64,000 nucleotides of DNA from Octopus sinensis (lineage: Eukaryota): positions 11,656,001 to 11,720,000 of the forward strand of contig NC_043015.1 in NCBI RefSeq assembly GCF_006345805.1, in the 5' to 3' direction. Made by a program: the position numbers and the translations under genes. Positions 12,399-25,178 of the stretch are shown piece after piece. Numbering within the stretch: the stretch's first letter is position 1; each line of letters starts with the position of its first letter. A model generated the notes under the pieces. That model was not told the origin of the DNA. It did not search any database and saw nothing but the letters and a program-made list of their open reading frames with translations.

Positions 12399-12939
12399 TT
12401 ATTATTATTATTATTATTATCATTATTATTATTATTATTGCAGACACACTACACATATATATGTATATACGTTGCATTCTGTTATACATAAACGTACACA
12501 CAAGCATAAATACTTACCGACATACATACACATGTCTGTTACGTAGTGAGGGTTAAAATCTTTGGATACATCCCATAGTTACCTTTAATACGAAACGCAA
12601 ACACCGCTGCCGCATCAGTAAGTTACATAACTGAACTATCAGACAAATATTTGTCAAATATACAACTCAACTTATCTGAATATAGTTATGAGTTTAATGA
12701 TATTAGCTATAAATACAGCTTTGCGGAGGTAGTAAAATGTAGATTAACCGATTGCTGCTGAAGTTGTATGAATAATTGAAACGGCGTCGTGTAATCGTCC
12801 CCAACTTTACTGTCTAAGATGCGATATGATAAATATGACAGATTTTGAAGTTTATCTTATATACCAAGTATTATCTATATTTCGCATATAATGACAGCTA
12901 AAATATTTCGGTATACCCCATTGTAAACTTTAAGAAGTT

Positions 12940-13265
12940 TTCTTCCCAACTACATGGTTTGGGGTTCAGTCCCACTGCGTGACACTTTCGACGCTTGGCT
13001 TCTAAAATAGCCTCGGGTGGGCTAAGTCTTTGGAGTGGATCTGACAGACGGAAACAAAAATCCCGTTGTGTATATGAGTTGAGTGTATGTGTGTGTGTAT
13101 GTGTGTGTATGCACGCGCATCTGTGTTTGTCCCCCACGTACCTTTGACAACAGATGGTATGTTTATTTCCGCGTGACTTACCATTTCGGTAAAAGACAGC
13201 GAAGTAACAGGCCTAAAAATATGTATTTGTGTTCTTTCGTTCGACTAAAAGCTCTTCAAGGTGTT
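12940..13265 (+). mobile_element. Diverged SINE family A copy
   Basis: GGGTTCAGTCCCACTGCGTG...GACAGACGGAAAC...TTCGACTAAA homology. Confidence 0.7.
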
Positions 13266-13351
13266 TGCTTATATATGTTAAAGGAAATAGAGAAATACAA
13301 TCGACATATAAATTAATTAACATTATAATATAATATAATTATACTATTATA

Positions 13352-13764
13352 GGCGCGGGAGTGGCTGTGTGGTAAGTAGCTTGTTTACCAACCACATGGT
13401 TCCGGGTTCAGTCCCACTGCGTGGCACCTTGGGCAAGTGTCTTCTACAATAGCCTCGGGCCGATCAAAGCCTTGTGAGTGGATTTGGTAGACGGAAACTG
13501 AAAGAAGCCCGTCGTATATATGTATATGTATATATATATGTGTGTGCTTATGTGTCTGTGTTTGCCCCCCCCCCCCTAGCATTGCTTGACAACCGATGCT
13601 GGTGTGTTATGTCCCCGTTACTTAGCGGTTCGGCAAAAGAGCTCGATAGAAGAAGTACTGGGCTTACAAAAGAATAAGTCCCGGGGTCAAGTTGCTCGAT
13701 TAAAGGCGGTGCTCCAGCATGGCCGCAGTCAAATGACTGAAACAAGTAAAAGAGTAAAAGAGTA
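13352..13764 (+). mobile_element. SINE family A, full length
   Basis: GGCGCGGGAGTGGCTGTGTGGTAAG ... GTAAAAGAGTAAAAGAGTA. Confidence 0.92.
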
Positions 13765-13894
13765 TAAAAATATATAATAGAATGTAATATAACATAACAA
13801 ATAATTAAAACAAATATATATCGTACAATTTGTTTCTATTCGTATCCACTAATGCATTTATTAAAAAAATCATATTTATGCATTTCAATCTCAT

Positions 13895-14042
13895 CCAACC
13901 ACCTTGTTCTGGGTTCAGTCACATTGCGTAGAACCTTGAGCAAGTGACTTCTACTATAGCCTCGGGCTGACCAAAGCCTTGTGAGTGGAATTTGAGTGGA
14001 AACTGAAAGAAGCCCATTGTATAAATATATGTATGTATACAC

Positions 14043-14088
<46 letters not shown>

Positions 14089-14140
14089 GTATCAGTGTTT
14101 GTACTCCCACCATCGCTTTACAACGAATGTTGGTTTGTTC
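13895..14140 (+). mobile_element. SINE family A, partial
   Basis: GGGTTCAGTC..CCTTGAGCAAGTG..GAAACTGAAAGAAGCCC plus the internal TA tract. Confidence 0.75.
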
Positions 14141-14670
14141 TAGCATAAACCAGAAGGCGACACCGAGAATAATGTGTATATGATCTTATGTGACTTTACA
14201 ATCCAATGTCATTCAGTGATTGATAGTCAAATACCAGATGTTATTGTAGATGATAAAAGGAAGAAGGAAACCAAGATCATTAATATTGCCATACCAGAAG
14301 ATGCACGAGTGAGTGACAAAGAACAGTAAAATATTGGAAAGCACATGGCTACTAAAATACGAAACTGCACGGATGTGGGCAATAAAGAGAGTAACTACCA
14401 TCCCAGTAGTTGGTGTGGCACTGGGTTCATTAAGAGCCAGGTTTGAAAAAATATTGGAAAAATTGAGATTGACATGAAGATTGGACATACTCAGAAAACT
14501 GCTTTATTGGAGGCAGCAAGAATATTGTGATTGGTACTTGGATGTTAGGTATCGTGAAAAGACCTGTGAGACCCTTAACAACAGATTGTTGTCCCGTATC
14601 ATAGAATTCGTCGGAGTAACTGAAATCAAGAGCTCTGAGCAGTGAAATAATAATAATAGTAATAATAACA
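14141..14670 (+). mobile_element. 3' fragment of an R4/Dong-type LINE (RLE domain + 3' UTR + TAA tail)
   Basis: Translates HKPEGDTEN..DFTIQCHSVIDSQIPDVIVDDK..IINIAIPED, then IPVVGVALG and QKTALLEAARIL; ends in AATAATAATAAT. Confidence 0.8.
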
Positions 14671-15059
14671 ACAACTACATCAGCGAAAATAATAAAGTAC
14701 CAACAACAGAGAATGTAATAAAGAAATACTCAGAATTACACAATATTTGTTTAATTTTGCATGCATATATATTTACACATGCCTCTATCCAATTGATGAT
14801 TTATAATATGTGCTAATTCTAAATTTTCTCTCTTAATTTTCTATGCTTCTACGTGATTCTTTTGATAAGTACCGACCATTATATCTTCGTGTTGACCAAA
14901 GACTTGTAAATGATATTTCGTAGACCGTATGGATGTCAATAATAAGGATCATTCCCATTCTTGGATCTATTGTAAGAATCCACTCTGTCGAAAGAAAGGT
15001 AACGATCTTCCGCCCTCCTAACCAGTTTCAGAACTCCTAAACAATGACCATGGGCATTA

Positions 15060-15277
15060 ACTTCCCTTGACTGGCTTCCATATGTTACAAATTGCGGAAA
15101 CCCTCTCTTTCCAGGTCAATTTTGATTATACCGCTTACTCAGATTGTCCCTGAATGAGAAAATTTGATTATAGATTTTCTCATTCAGGGACAATCTGAGT
15201 AAGCGTTATAATCAAATTTGACCTGCAAAGAGAGGGTTTCCGTTATTTGTAACATATCGGAGCCAGACAAGGGAAGT
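15060..15277. repeat. ~218-bp near-perfect palindrome (fold-back, MITE-like)
   Basis: ACTTCCCTTGACTGGC...GAATGAGAAAAT / ATTTTCTCATTC...GCCAGACAAGGGAAGT; arms ~105 bp, loop ~10 nt. Confidence 0.9.
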
Positions 15278-16746
15278 AGGTGATCATCATATGCTTTCCA
15301 TCCATGATCAAATCAGATTCCTGCCTTGAAAGTTGCAGTACATTGTTCAATGAGTCACTCTCTTTTCAACGTTGTAGGGTACAATCTGTAAGCCTTCCCG
15401 CCGTTGTTTCAAGACGGTTAGAAAACACGCAGATATACCAAGGATAGATTTTACAATGTCAGAGTAGGTTTCATACACACCTCTATCGTCATGTTGATTT
15501 TTAATTGAGACAGTAATTCGTAATTCTATAAAGAAAAGCGTTGTCTATTGAATATACGAATGGGTCTTAATTCAAATTGATTGTTGAGCTGAAAGGAAGA
15601 TTTATCTCATGTAGGATTTCATTAAAATTTTTACGATCGAAAATTTCGATTCCTTGTAAAGTTGAAAGCCAAAGTATACCGAAGACTGGATTCCAATTTA
15701 GAATTCAAATAGACATAACAACACATTTTAATATATTACATCTGGAACTTCAGGCCTAATTCAGTCTTCATCAAATATGTATATAGTTAAACATGAACAA
15801 GCTGCAAATATTCTATTTCTATTAACTAATGTGTTCATCATAATTTATGTAGACAGTAAAATTTAATTTGAGGAAGATTTTATTGTCCATGCTGCTAGCA
15901 GATAAAACGACACGTGGAGGTCTCTCGTTGGCTCATAGCTCTATTGTTTTGAAATATTGCTGTTGATATTGATGTCTTGACTAGCTCAAATGAAAAAGTA
16001 GACAAAATTCAGCACTGAAAATTGTTTTTTTCAAAATAATCGAAAAATAGACATTGAATCGAGAAAATTAAAATCAATACAGTTTCATATTGAATAGATG
16101 ATATTGACAATCTTTGTGTATATGAGAATTTATAGCAAAGCTTGATGAATAAATTTGCCCTCTAGAAGGGAAGAATCTAACATTTTGGACATATAAACAT
16201 AGCTGTGACAATAAGCTCACGTTTAAAATTTGTCAATGCAAAAAAGCAGTGGGTGCTGCTTCATCGCCGCCCTAAGGTATTATGGCATACAATACAGTAT
16301 AACCGTTCTATTACTAAATGGAGCAGTAAACGTAAAAATATTACAGTATAATCAAATACTGAAAAAATAGCTGACTGGGAAACACATGCGCACAGATACA
16401 CACACAATTCTGCATATATATATATATATATACACTAGCATCTGTAATACAGAATTTTAAAATATATTATAGCGGTCCTCATTGTAAACGCATTAACCCT
16501 TTCTAATTGGCGCTGGGTATATGTTGAAGAAACTTTGGTGACAACTTTTAGCAGTTTAAACGAATACATAGAGGCTTCCATAAGATCTTTTAACGTCTGA
16601 GAGATAATTCATGTCAATACAAAAATAATATACTTTGATTATGCGTGAAATAAAAATACATTACAGTGGAGGAATAGTAGATCTATTTACAGTATTACAG
16701 TCACCATGTTATTCCTTATACAATTAGGCTTGTAAATATTAGGTTC

Positions 16747-17325
16747 CGTTAGCACGCCGGGCGAAATGCTTAGCGGTATTTCGTCTGCCGCTACGTTCTG
16801 AGTTCAAATTCCGCCGAGGTCGACTTTGCCTTTAAGGCGGCGAGCTGGCAGAAATGTTAGCACGCCGGGCGAAATGCGTAACCGTATTTCGTCTGCCGCT
16901 ACGTTCTGAGTTCAAATTCCACCGAGGTCGACTTTGCCTTTCATCCTTTCGGAGTCGATAAATTAAGTATCAGTTACTCCCTGGGATCGATTTAATCGAC
17001 TTAATCCGTTTGTCTGTCTTTGTCCTCTGTGTCCTAAGTATTTCGTCTGCCGTTACGTTCTGTGTTCAAATTCTGTCGAGGTCAACTTTGTCTTTCATCT
17101 TTTCGGGAATATTAGGTTCCATTAAGGCGGTGAGCTGGCAAATTCGTTAGAACGTCGGATAAAATGCTTAGAAGAACTTCGTGTACCTTTACGTTCTAAC
17201 TTCAAATTTTGCCGAAATCGACTTTGCTTTTCATTATCTCGAGGTCGAAAAAATAGTTGCGAGGTGAGCAGCTTACCACCACCCTCAAAATTGCAAGCCT
17301 TGTGCCAAAATTTGCGACCAATATT
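16747..17325 (+). mobile_element. Cluster of SINE family B copies and partial duplications
   Basis: Repeated GTTAGCACGCCGGGCGAAATGC..TATTTCGTCTGCCGCTACGTTCTGAGTTCAAATTCC..GAGGTCGACTTTGCC. Confidence 0.88.
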
Positions 17326-18098
17326 AGGTCCCGTTCTTTATTCAGAAGCAATCAGTAAATAATGCTTACAAATCCATGATTTACAGCTTCATGGGAAGTA
17401 GACTTTCATTGTATAAAATATACAATCCTTACTATTCCGTCTTTACAATGAAGTAAATTTTGTATAAAATATGCAATACTTTCTCCAGAAATTTCCAATT
17501 CATTATTTATTAAGGCTATTGACTTTATGAATACCTCTGAAGGGCATTTTATTAATTGGTTTTAAATCATCAGATTACTTACATGAACGAATACTTTTTA
17601 TGTTGGGAAAATACATTTACTTAAAGGGAATATCATCGCACACTAATAATTTCCTACTTCACAAAAACTACATATGTCAAAGTATCAGAAATCCAACGAA
17701 GTACAGGACGAGATTGCGATTTGATAGAAGCCGTACGTTAAAAAGACATATATTTGTGCAAATATACATATGTTAGCAAAAGCGGAAAGAATTCTGCATT
17801 ATTTTCCTTTTAGCAGCGCTTCAAAAGTTTACACTCACACAGAGACATTACATATATATACATATTTGTAACATTCATACAAAAACACACACACACACAC
17901 ATTGAAGCATATGTCCTCGAACAGATATAATTTTTCTATACATCACATAAAACATTCCAATGGCTTTGAGTTAAGATTTCGAAACTAAAGACATTAGGAT
18001 GACTCACATTCCGACAGATTGATCGAATTACACAAAATATTGCTGTTGCGTAATAAAACCGATGATTTATATAATGTTCATAGTGTACCATCCCAGAA

Positions 18099-18676
18099 GG
18101 CGGCGAGCTGGCAGAAACGTTTGCACGCTGGGCGAAATGCTTCGCAGAATTTCGCATGCCGCTACGTTGTGGGTTCAAATTCCGCCGGGGTCGACTTCGC
18201 CTTTCATCCTTTCGGGGTCGATTGAATAAGTACCAGTTATGCACTGGTTCGATATAATCGACTTAATCCGTTTGTCTGTCCTTGTTTGTCCCTTCTGTGT
18301 TGAGCCCCTTGTGGGTATTAAAGAAATAGATATTTCGTCTGCTGCTACGATCTGAGTTCAAATTCCGCTGAGGTCGACTTTGCCTTTCATCTGTTCGGGG
18401 TTGATTAAATAAATACCAGTTATGCACTGAGGTCGCTGCAATCGACTTAATCCGCTTGTCTGTACTTGTTTGTCCTCTCGGTTTCTAGCTCTTTGTGGGT
18501 AGTTAAGAAATAGGTATTTCGTCTGCCGCTACGTTCTGAGTTCAAATTCCGCCGAGGTCAACTTCGCCCTTCATCCTTTCGGGGTCGATAAATTAAGTAC
18601 CAGTTACGCACAGGAGTCGATGTAATCGACTTAATCCCTTTGTTTGGCCCCTTGTGGGCGACAAAGAAATAAGAAG
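18099..18676 (+). mobile_element. SINE family B: tRNA-like head plus three tandem 184-bp body units
   Basis: Head GGCGGCGAGCTGGCAGAAACG; the unit restarts (TATTTCGTCTG) at 18331 and 18515. Confidence 0.9.
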
Positions 18677-18701
18677 TATTTTTGATCGGAACTTTAATCT
18701 A

Positions 18702-18867
18702 TACTCTCTTTACTCTTTTACTTGTTTCAGTCATTTGACTGCGGCCATGCTGGAGCACCGCCTTTAGTCGAGCAAATCGACCCCGGGACTTATTCTTTGT
18801 AAGCCCAGTACTTATTCTATCGGTCTCTTTTTGCCGAACCGCTAAGTGACGGGGACGTAAACAACCA

Positions 18868-18908
<41 letters not shown>

Positions 18909-19073
18909 TACGACAGGCTTCTTTCAGTTTCCGTCTACCAAATCCACTCACAAGGCATTGGTCGGCCCGGGGCTATAGCAGAAGACACTTGTCCAAGATG
19001 CCACGCAGTGGGACTGAACCCGGAACCATGTGGTTGGTTAGCAAGCTACTTACCACACAGCCACTCCTGCGCC
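18702..19073 (-). mobile_element. SINE family A with a short internal deletion
   Basis: Reverse complement of the family A consensus; the segment after the TA tract is missing. Confidence 0.9.
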
Positions 19074-19314
19074 ATATCCAGAACAGATTATTTTATCTAC
19101 GAAATAGTAAAAGCAATATTTAATGAACAGAAACAGATTCAAAGATATTCCACTCACTGCATGCATACATCTCAAAAAAATAGCATAGGAAAAGAGAATG
19201 AATATTTTATAGCCATAAGCATATTTCATAAATCGTCCCAGCTAACTTTTCTAACCTCTGTCTGAATATATACACACGTCTGTGTGTGTTTGTGTGTGTG
19301 TACGTTGATAGATA

Positions 19315-19700
19315 TCTTTATATATAAAAGAGAAGTTGTGTGTCTGTCTCCTACTATCTAGATTCCTAACTACTCCCACATTTTGCGGTGCAGTTTAACC
19401 AAAACCGGGTATCTTATAGTCGTGATTCATATCGAGCCCTTCTGGGTATTAGCGCGCGTCTACGATGAGTCTACGATTTAAAAAAAAAATTACCATCATT
19501 TTTTTCCATTTTAATGCATTTTCTTCGCTAATATATAAGGGACGTAACTCTCTAAAAATGTCTACGATGAGTCAACGATTAAAAAAAAATTAACATCCTT
19601 TTTTTCCCATTTTTAATGCATTTTTTTGCTATAACTCTCTAAAAATGCTTATATAGTTATTTCCCTTACAAACCCGAGCAACGTCGGGCGATACTGCTAG
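19315..19700 (+). mobile_element. Non-autonomous Helitron
   Basis: 5' A|TCTTTATATATAAAAG; 3' hairpin CCCGAGCAACGTCGGG about 8 nt before CTAG|T; inserted between A and T with no TSD; internal ~80-bp duplication. Confidence 0.85.
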
Positions 19701-20355
19701 TTGTCCATACCATAATTGTAAGTAAAATTCAAATATAATCTTTAGATACTTGTACCTACCTATTTTCTCAACCATATATGTCGTAATTTATTCTACTACC
19801 TTTTGCTTTCTTCGTATCTGCTTCATGATCTCATATTCTTAGAACTTGGCATAGTTCTGGTTCATAAAGTAATCTAAGAGCAAATCAGTCAACAACGCTG
19901 ACTGAATTTCACATAAAACTATTGCTTTATACGTTTGTTTAGAGTTGCCTCTCTTAGGTAAATCCCATTGACAAGAGCCAAGAAACTCGAAACATTGATA
20001 TCTGGCATTCGTGATAGATGACGACACTGAACAAACCGGGTGATTTCACACCTTTTTAACCATAAGAAAGATATTTTCTCTACGGTAACTGCAGTGAATT
20101 TGCCTTTTAGCAGTTGAAATATGTCACAAATATATTTTAACTAACCTATATATATATATGTGTGTGTGTGTGTGTAAACGTATGCATATATATAGTTATA
20201 TATGCATGTATGTATTTATATATGTGTATACACGAATATGCTTAAGTCTTGGCAACACAATTCTTTTTTTTTTATTCGTTACAGCCAAGATCATGACGGA
20301 GTACAACTATGTCTAAGTGTCCATACATTTATGTAGATATACATATAAATATATA

Positions 20356-20424
<69 letters not shown>

Positions 20425-21609
20425 GACATATATATATGCGTGTGTGCCTGTGTATAGGGGAGAGAAAGAGAGTATGTGTGTGTGTAAATGTATGCTTACA
20501 TATTAATATATATCAACTTGCATAAAATCTACGATTGTATTTTATATGTGTGCTAAATCAAAGATATACTTTGTAATCGTGTGTATACAATTACCTTGTA
20601 TACACTAGACTTAAACAACATATGCATTAATACTTCAGAAATGTCAATCCAAAAATAGGTATGCCTGCGCTGAGTAAGTTAAAAACGGTGTCGCGCTAAG
20701 CTATAATGCTGGCAAAGAAAGAGAAAGTCTAGACAGGGTGATTAAAGAAATAAATGATTTTCTTACTTCAAAGATCACAGCGTTTTCAATATATTTGTCG
20801 CGATATATTGTATATATACTTTAATAATGAAATTTATGAAGAATTAAAAGATCTTTTCTGTTTGGCAGCCACTTTTGAATTTCTTCCAAATTACTTAATA
20901 TCTGGCGTACTGGTGTAGTTTTGTAAAGTAGTCATTCGCATGAAATTCATTTTCATCACAAATCAATAAATAAAGAGTTAATAGATTTTAAAATTTGCAA
21001 ATTTTGGGTAAGTTTAGCCAATCGAAAGCCACAGATATATAGGTGCCTGTTTCCATACCAACAAGGCAAGCTGTAAACGAGTCGTTTATCACGTGCTCTT
21101 TTTATCGCTTGTTAAATGCTTAAAACACATGTGGCATGAAATGTTCTAATAATATCAGTCAAACAGGCCTTAAATCACGCATACTCTTTTTCTTTTTTGA
21201 TTTATACATAATCGTATGAAATCGCAAAAATTTTCTGAAAATTCAAAAAAATAAAACAATTTATGAGGGCTTATATGGCCTGCATAAAGCAGAAATCCGG
21301 CAATATTAAATTTGTTTAAGTTAGTTACAGCTTCCTGTAACTAATAGGGTAAAAATTATCAAATTTAAACCTCTGTAACTTTTTTTTTTTAGCTGTTCTA
21401 GAAAAAGTGAATTATCTCCTGTGATTCAGCGTGAAAAATTGCATTAATATACCAAATTTTAAAATTTCACTAAACTTTAAAATTTCCACAGGTATATCCA
21501 AACAGAAAATGTCCGAATTAAATACCCCAAGCTCCAGTCGAAGGATACCTAAATAAAGGGTAATATGGTTGATGTGCTAAGAATATAGAAGAAATATCGT
21601 TCCATGCAC

Positions 21610-23250
21610 TTACTGTGGATAATCATGGGACAAATTCTAGGGGCCATGATGTATTTATATTGGTGAGGCAGGATGCATGCGTGATGGCCCAATCAGCTTC
21701 TGAAAGATCATGATTAATCACACCGCAGTCTGCATTATGAAGATCCATAATGTCAAATGGATGGATTGGAGAGATGCCATTGGGATTGATCTTTGGATTG
21801 TGGAATCTCAGATCACAGTAGTGGTGATTTTCCACTGCAATATTGCGGATAGTGTCAGTGTGGTTATGAAACACTAGGTACAAGGTGTTTTTGTGACATC
21901 TTGTTGGTTCGAGAACAAGTTGGGTCAGGAAAAACTCATCCAGGAAATCAAAAAGCAATTCGATTGCTTCCTTATTAAGGCTTAAGTTGAAAAAAAAATG
22001 GTTTCAAGCGTTTTGTGGACCATTCAACACTAGGAAGTTTGAAGTCACCCATCATTAATATGTTGTCATCATGACACAGATGGATGAAACACTTAATAAT
22101 GTTGAGACATTCCTTGAAGCGTAGTAGAGGAGTTACGTGTGGCCTATCGAGCCCAACTGCTATTAAATTTTTGGTTTTAGTGTACACAGAAGCTACTTCA
22201 CAGTAGCCATTGGTAAATATGTCCGTTGCTTCAGCGGGAAAAGAATCGTGCACGAAAATGGATGTCCCTCCTTTCCTTCTGCCAACACGATCTGTACGGA
22301 TAACTTGTAAAATTCTTCACGCTTACTCCAGCTTCCAAGTGGAGGTTACTGAGATGACGTCAGTGAGAACGAAGAAAGGGATATGGTGTGGATGGTAATT
22401 CACTCAATAAATTGGATCTTCCATTTTTGGGCATTGGTAGAAGGGCTGATGCCTTGTGAATTGCGCAGAAATGTTGAGGCGATTTTGACTGTTTGCTTGT
22501 TAATGGCAGCAATGGGAGTTTGTGCAATAGAGTGGTGCTGGTGGTGGAGATTGGCATCGTGTGATGGATAGAATACTCTTTTGTAGCTCTTTTGCCAGAT
22601 TTATTATGGCTATAAACGAAATTTGTTTTTTGTTGTTTTTTTTGGGGGGGGGCTCGGGTCAAACACTTTAGTTTGACCACGAATTCTTCTGTTTGGAGAA
22701 CTGAAAATGTTTGGGGTTGCGGGTTTTGTTGTTGTTGGTGGTGGTGGTGGTGGTGGTGGTGGTGGTGGTGGTGGTTTTGGTGGTGGTGGTGTGGTGGTGG
22801 TGGTGGTGGTGGTGGTTTTGGTTGTGGTGGTGGTGGTTTTGGTTGTGGTGGTGGTGGTGGTAGTAGTGGTGGTGGTGGTGGTGGTGGTTTGTATTGTTGC
22901 TGTTGAACAGTATTTGAAGGGAAAATATGCTGGAGTTTTTCCAAATTGTCCGTTAATTAATTTAAATGCCACTTCAATTTGTTTAAGTTTGTTTTGAATC
23001 TGCTTCTCGGAACGATTTCCTAAAAGTTGAACTGTACGCATCACTATTAGGTTCCGGCATGATGTGCCTATGTTCTCTGTTTCGGCAAGACAGTTCTATG
23101 AATTCATTAGAAGATCTATTTCATTCTCAGACTATTTTTTGTTTAGATTTTTGTTGTTGAGTAGTCATCCTAGAGTCTTTTGTGCATTTGTTTTTTAAAT
23201 ATATTTGTTAATTATTGATTTACTCTCTGCGTGGAGCGTTCAGTTGTGTA
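21610..23250 (-). mobile_element. Decayed 5' part of a CR1/L2-group LINE (APE endonuclease remnant plus probable ORF1 remnant)
   Basis: RKGGTSIFV, MMGDFKLPSVEW and LTQLVLEPTR..NTLYLVF are APE-domain motifs. The upstream region is interrupted by a (GGT)n expansion; boundaries are approximate. Confidence 0.7.
22735..22888. repeat. (GGT)n microsatellite
   Basis: Visible trinucleotide tract; gives the poly-P/T/H/V ORFs. Confidence 0.95.
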
Positions 23251-23424
23251 GAAACTTATGCAGCAATAGTGAGGAATTAGTGTAAAGATAAATATTTACA
23301 GATGCTTTAAGATAAAATATGTATATTTTAGTGCAAAACTTTTTGCTTTGATGAGGTAATTTGTGGGTAGAAATATATATGTTGATGTTGTTAATATAGA
23401 AACTAGGGGGTGGTTGGTCACAGG

Positions 23425-23427
23425 TGG

Positions 23428-23478
<51 letters not shown>

Positions 23479-23667
23479 TGCTTGTCACTACCACCTTCCG
23501 ACAACCAGTGTTGCTGTGTTTATGTCCCCCGTAACTGAACGTCTCGGCAAGAGACCAGTAGAAAAACACAAGTTCTTGGGTCGACTCGTTCAACTGAACT
23601 TCGTCAAAGCAGTGCTACAGCATGACTACAGTCGAACGACTGAAATAAGTAAAAGTAAAAAGATAAA
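23425..23667 (+). mobile_element. SINE family A, diverged 3' half after a (TG)n tract
   Basis: GACAACCAGTGTTGCTGTGTTTATGTCCCCGTAACT..GACTGAAATAAGTAAAAG. Confidence 0.7.
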
Positions 23668-24140
23668 GGTTAGAAAGCCCTAACATATGAGTCTGTTCAA
23701 TCAAAGTTAAACAGTAACATTAACGACAGCAACAACTGAATCCATCGACAAGTGTGGGTAGTCCTTGAGAGATGTACCCCTGCATTACCACTCGCAAGAT
23801 CTTTTACAAGGGATCCTATGGATTTTAGTAACCTACATGTCGAATGATGATGACGGACTTCCTGAATTCGATTCTGTTGTATGATTTTTCAGGACTTATA
23901 CCTGTCTATGACGAATCTCTTATGAACTTTCACCCTCACACCACCCCCGGACATTCTTGCTTTCCCACTTTATTTACATATCATTATTCCCCTTCCTGTG
24001 TAGATATGTCATAAAGGATTTTGAGCCTAGCGACTGCGTGTTCATAATTCATTTTATGATACATACCGTTGCTATTATGCAAAAGTGTCTAAGTCCAAAA
24101 CGTTGCTTTTGCAGAAAAAGAAAAAGATAGTTTCATCATA

Positions 24141-24609
24141 GGTGTAAGAGTGGCTGTGTGGTAAGTAGTTTGCTTACAAACCACATGGTTCCGGATTCAG
24201 TCCCACAGCGTGGCACCTTGGGCAAGCGTCTTCTACTATAGCCTTGGGCCTACCAAAGCCTTGTGAGTTGATTTGGTTGACAGAAACTGAAAGAAGCCCG
24301 TCTATATATGTATATTTTTCTTCTGTATTTTCAGCTCAGATCTGCGGGCATGCTAATGCACCGCCGTTAAATGTATGTGTGTGTGAGGGGGTACATGTGT
24401 GTATATGTTTGTGTGTCTGTGTTTGTTCGCTTGACAAACGATGTTGGTGTGTTTACATCCCCGTAACTTAGTGGTTCGGCAAAAGAGACCGATAGAATAA
24501 GTACTAGACATACAAAAAATATATCCTGGGGTCGCTTTGCTCGACTAAATGCGGTGCTCTAGTATGGCCACAGACAAATGACTGAAACAAGTAAAAGAGT
24601 AAAAGAGTA
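24141..24609 (+). mobile_element. SINE family A, full length
   Basis: GAGTGGCTGTGTGGTAAG ... GTAAAAGAGTAAAAGAGTA. Confidence 0.88.
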
Positions 24610-25178
24610 CAAAATCCATAGCAAATCCGTTGTACTACACTTTGACAATTTTTGATATCGTGGCATCTGAAGGAGCTCGAGATACGACAGTTTGACCATA
24701 AGAACCGGCTATTGCAAGCAAAAGTATATTTATTGAAACAAATGCATTTGGCCAAATTTCGACATACGACAGTTTAACATAATAGCAACGATATATGTTT
24801 GTGTGAGTATATATACATAGGTGTGTATGTAGTTGTATCTCGATGAAATCATTACACCAAGAATAAACTCAAGCATGGTTCTGTTTTACTTCTTTTGTAT
24901 TATTGAACACGACACACAGCCCGATTCAAGAATTGAACTCACTATGATTGTGAACCCCACGCCATAATCACTAAGCCACGTGCATTCACTAAAAAAAAAA
25001 TGAACATATAAGAACAATCTTACGACAAGACCTGTGAGACGAACAGTGAAGGTGCCATAAGCGGTGAGGCAAAAGAGGTGCTTTTGGGACACGTTGTCAC
25101 TGATAAGGTCATAAACTGTTAATTTAGAATTTCAACAAACTGAACGATAAACCAATTGATCAATTCTCTAGCCATATA

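Noticed and set aside
19839-20027. Possible minus-strand exon (TTCAG acceptor, VSSSITNARYQC...)
   Set aside because: Weak donor and no recognisable protein similarity.
20659-21500. Possible old non-autonomous DNA transposon (GGTATGCCTG.../...CAGGTATATCC)
   Set aside because: The terminal match is too short and degenerate, and there is no clear TSD.
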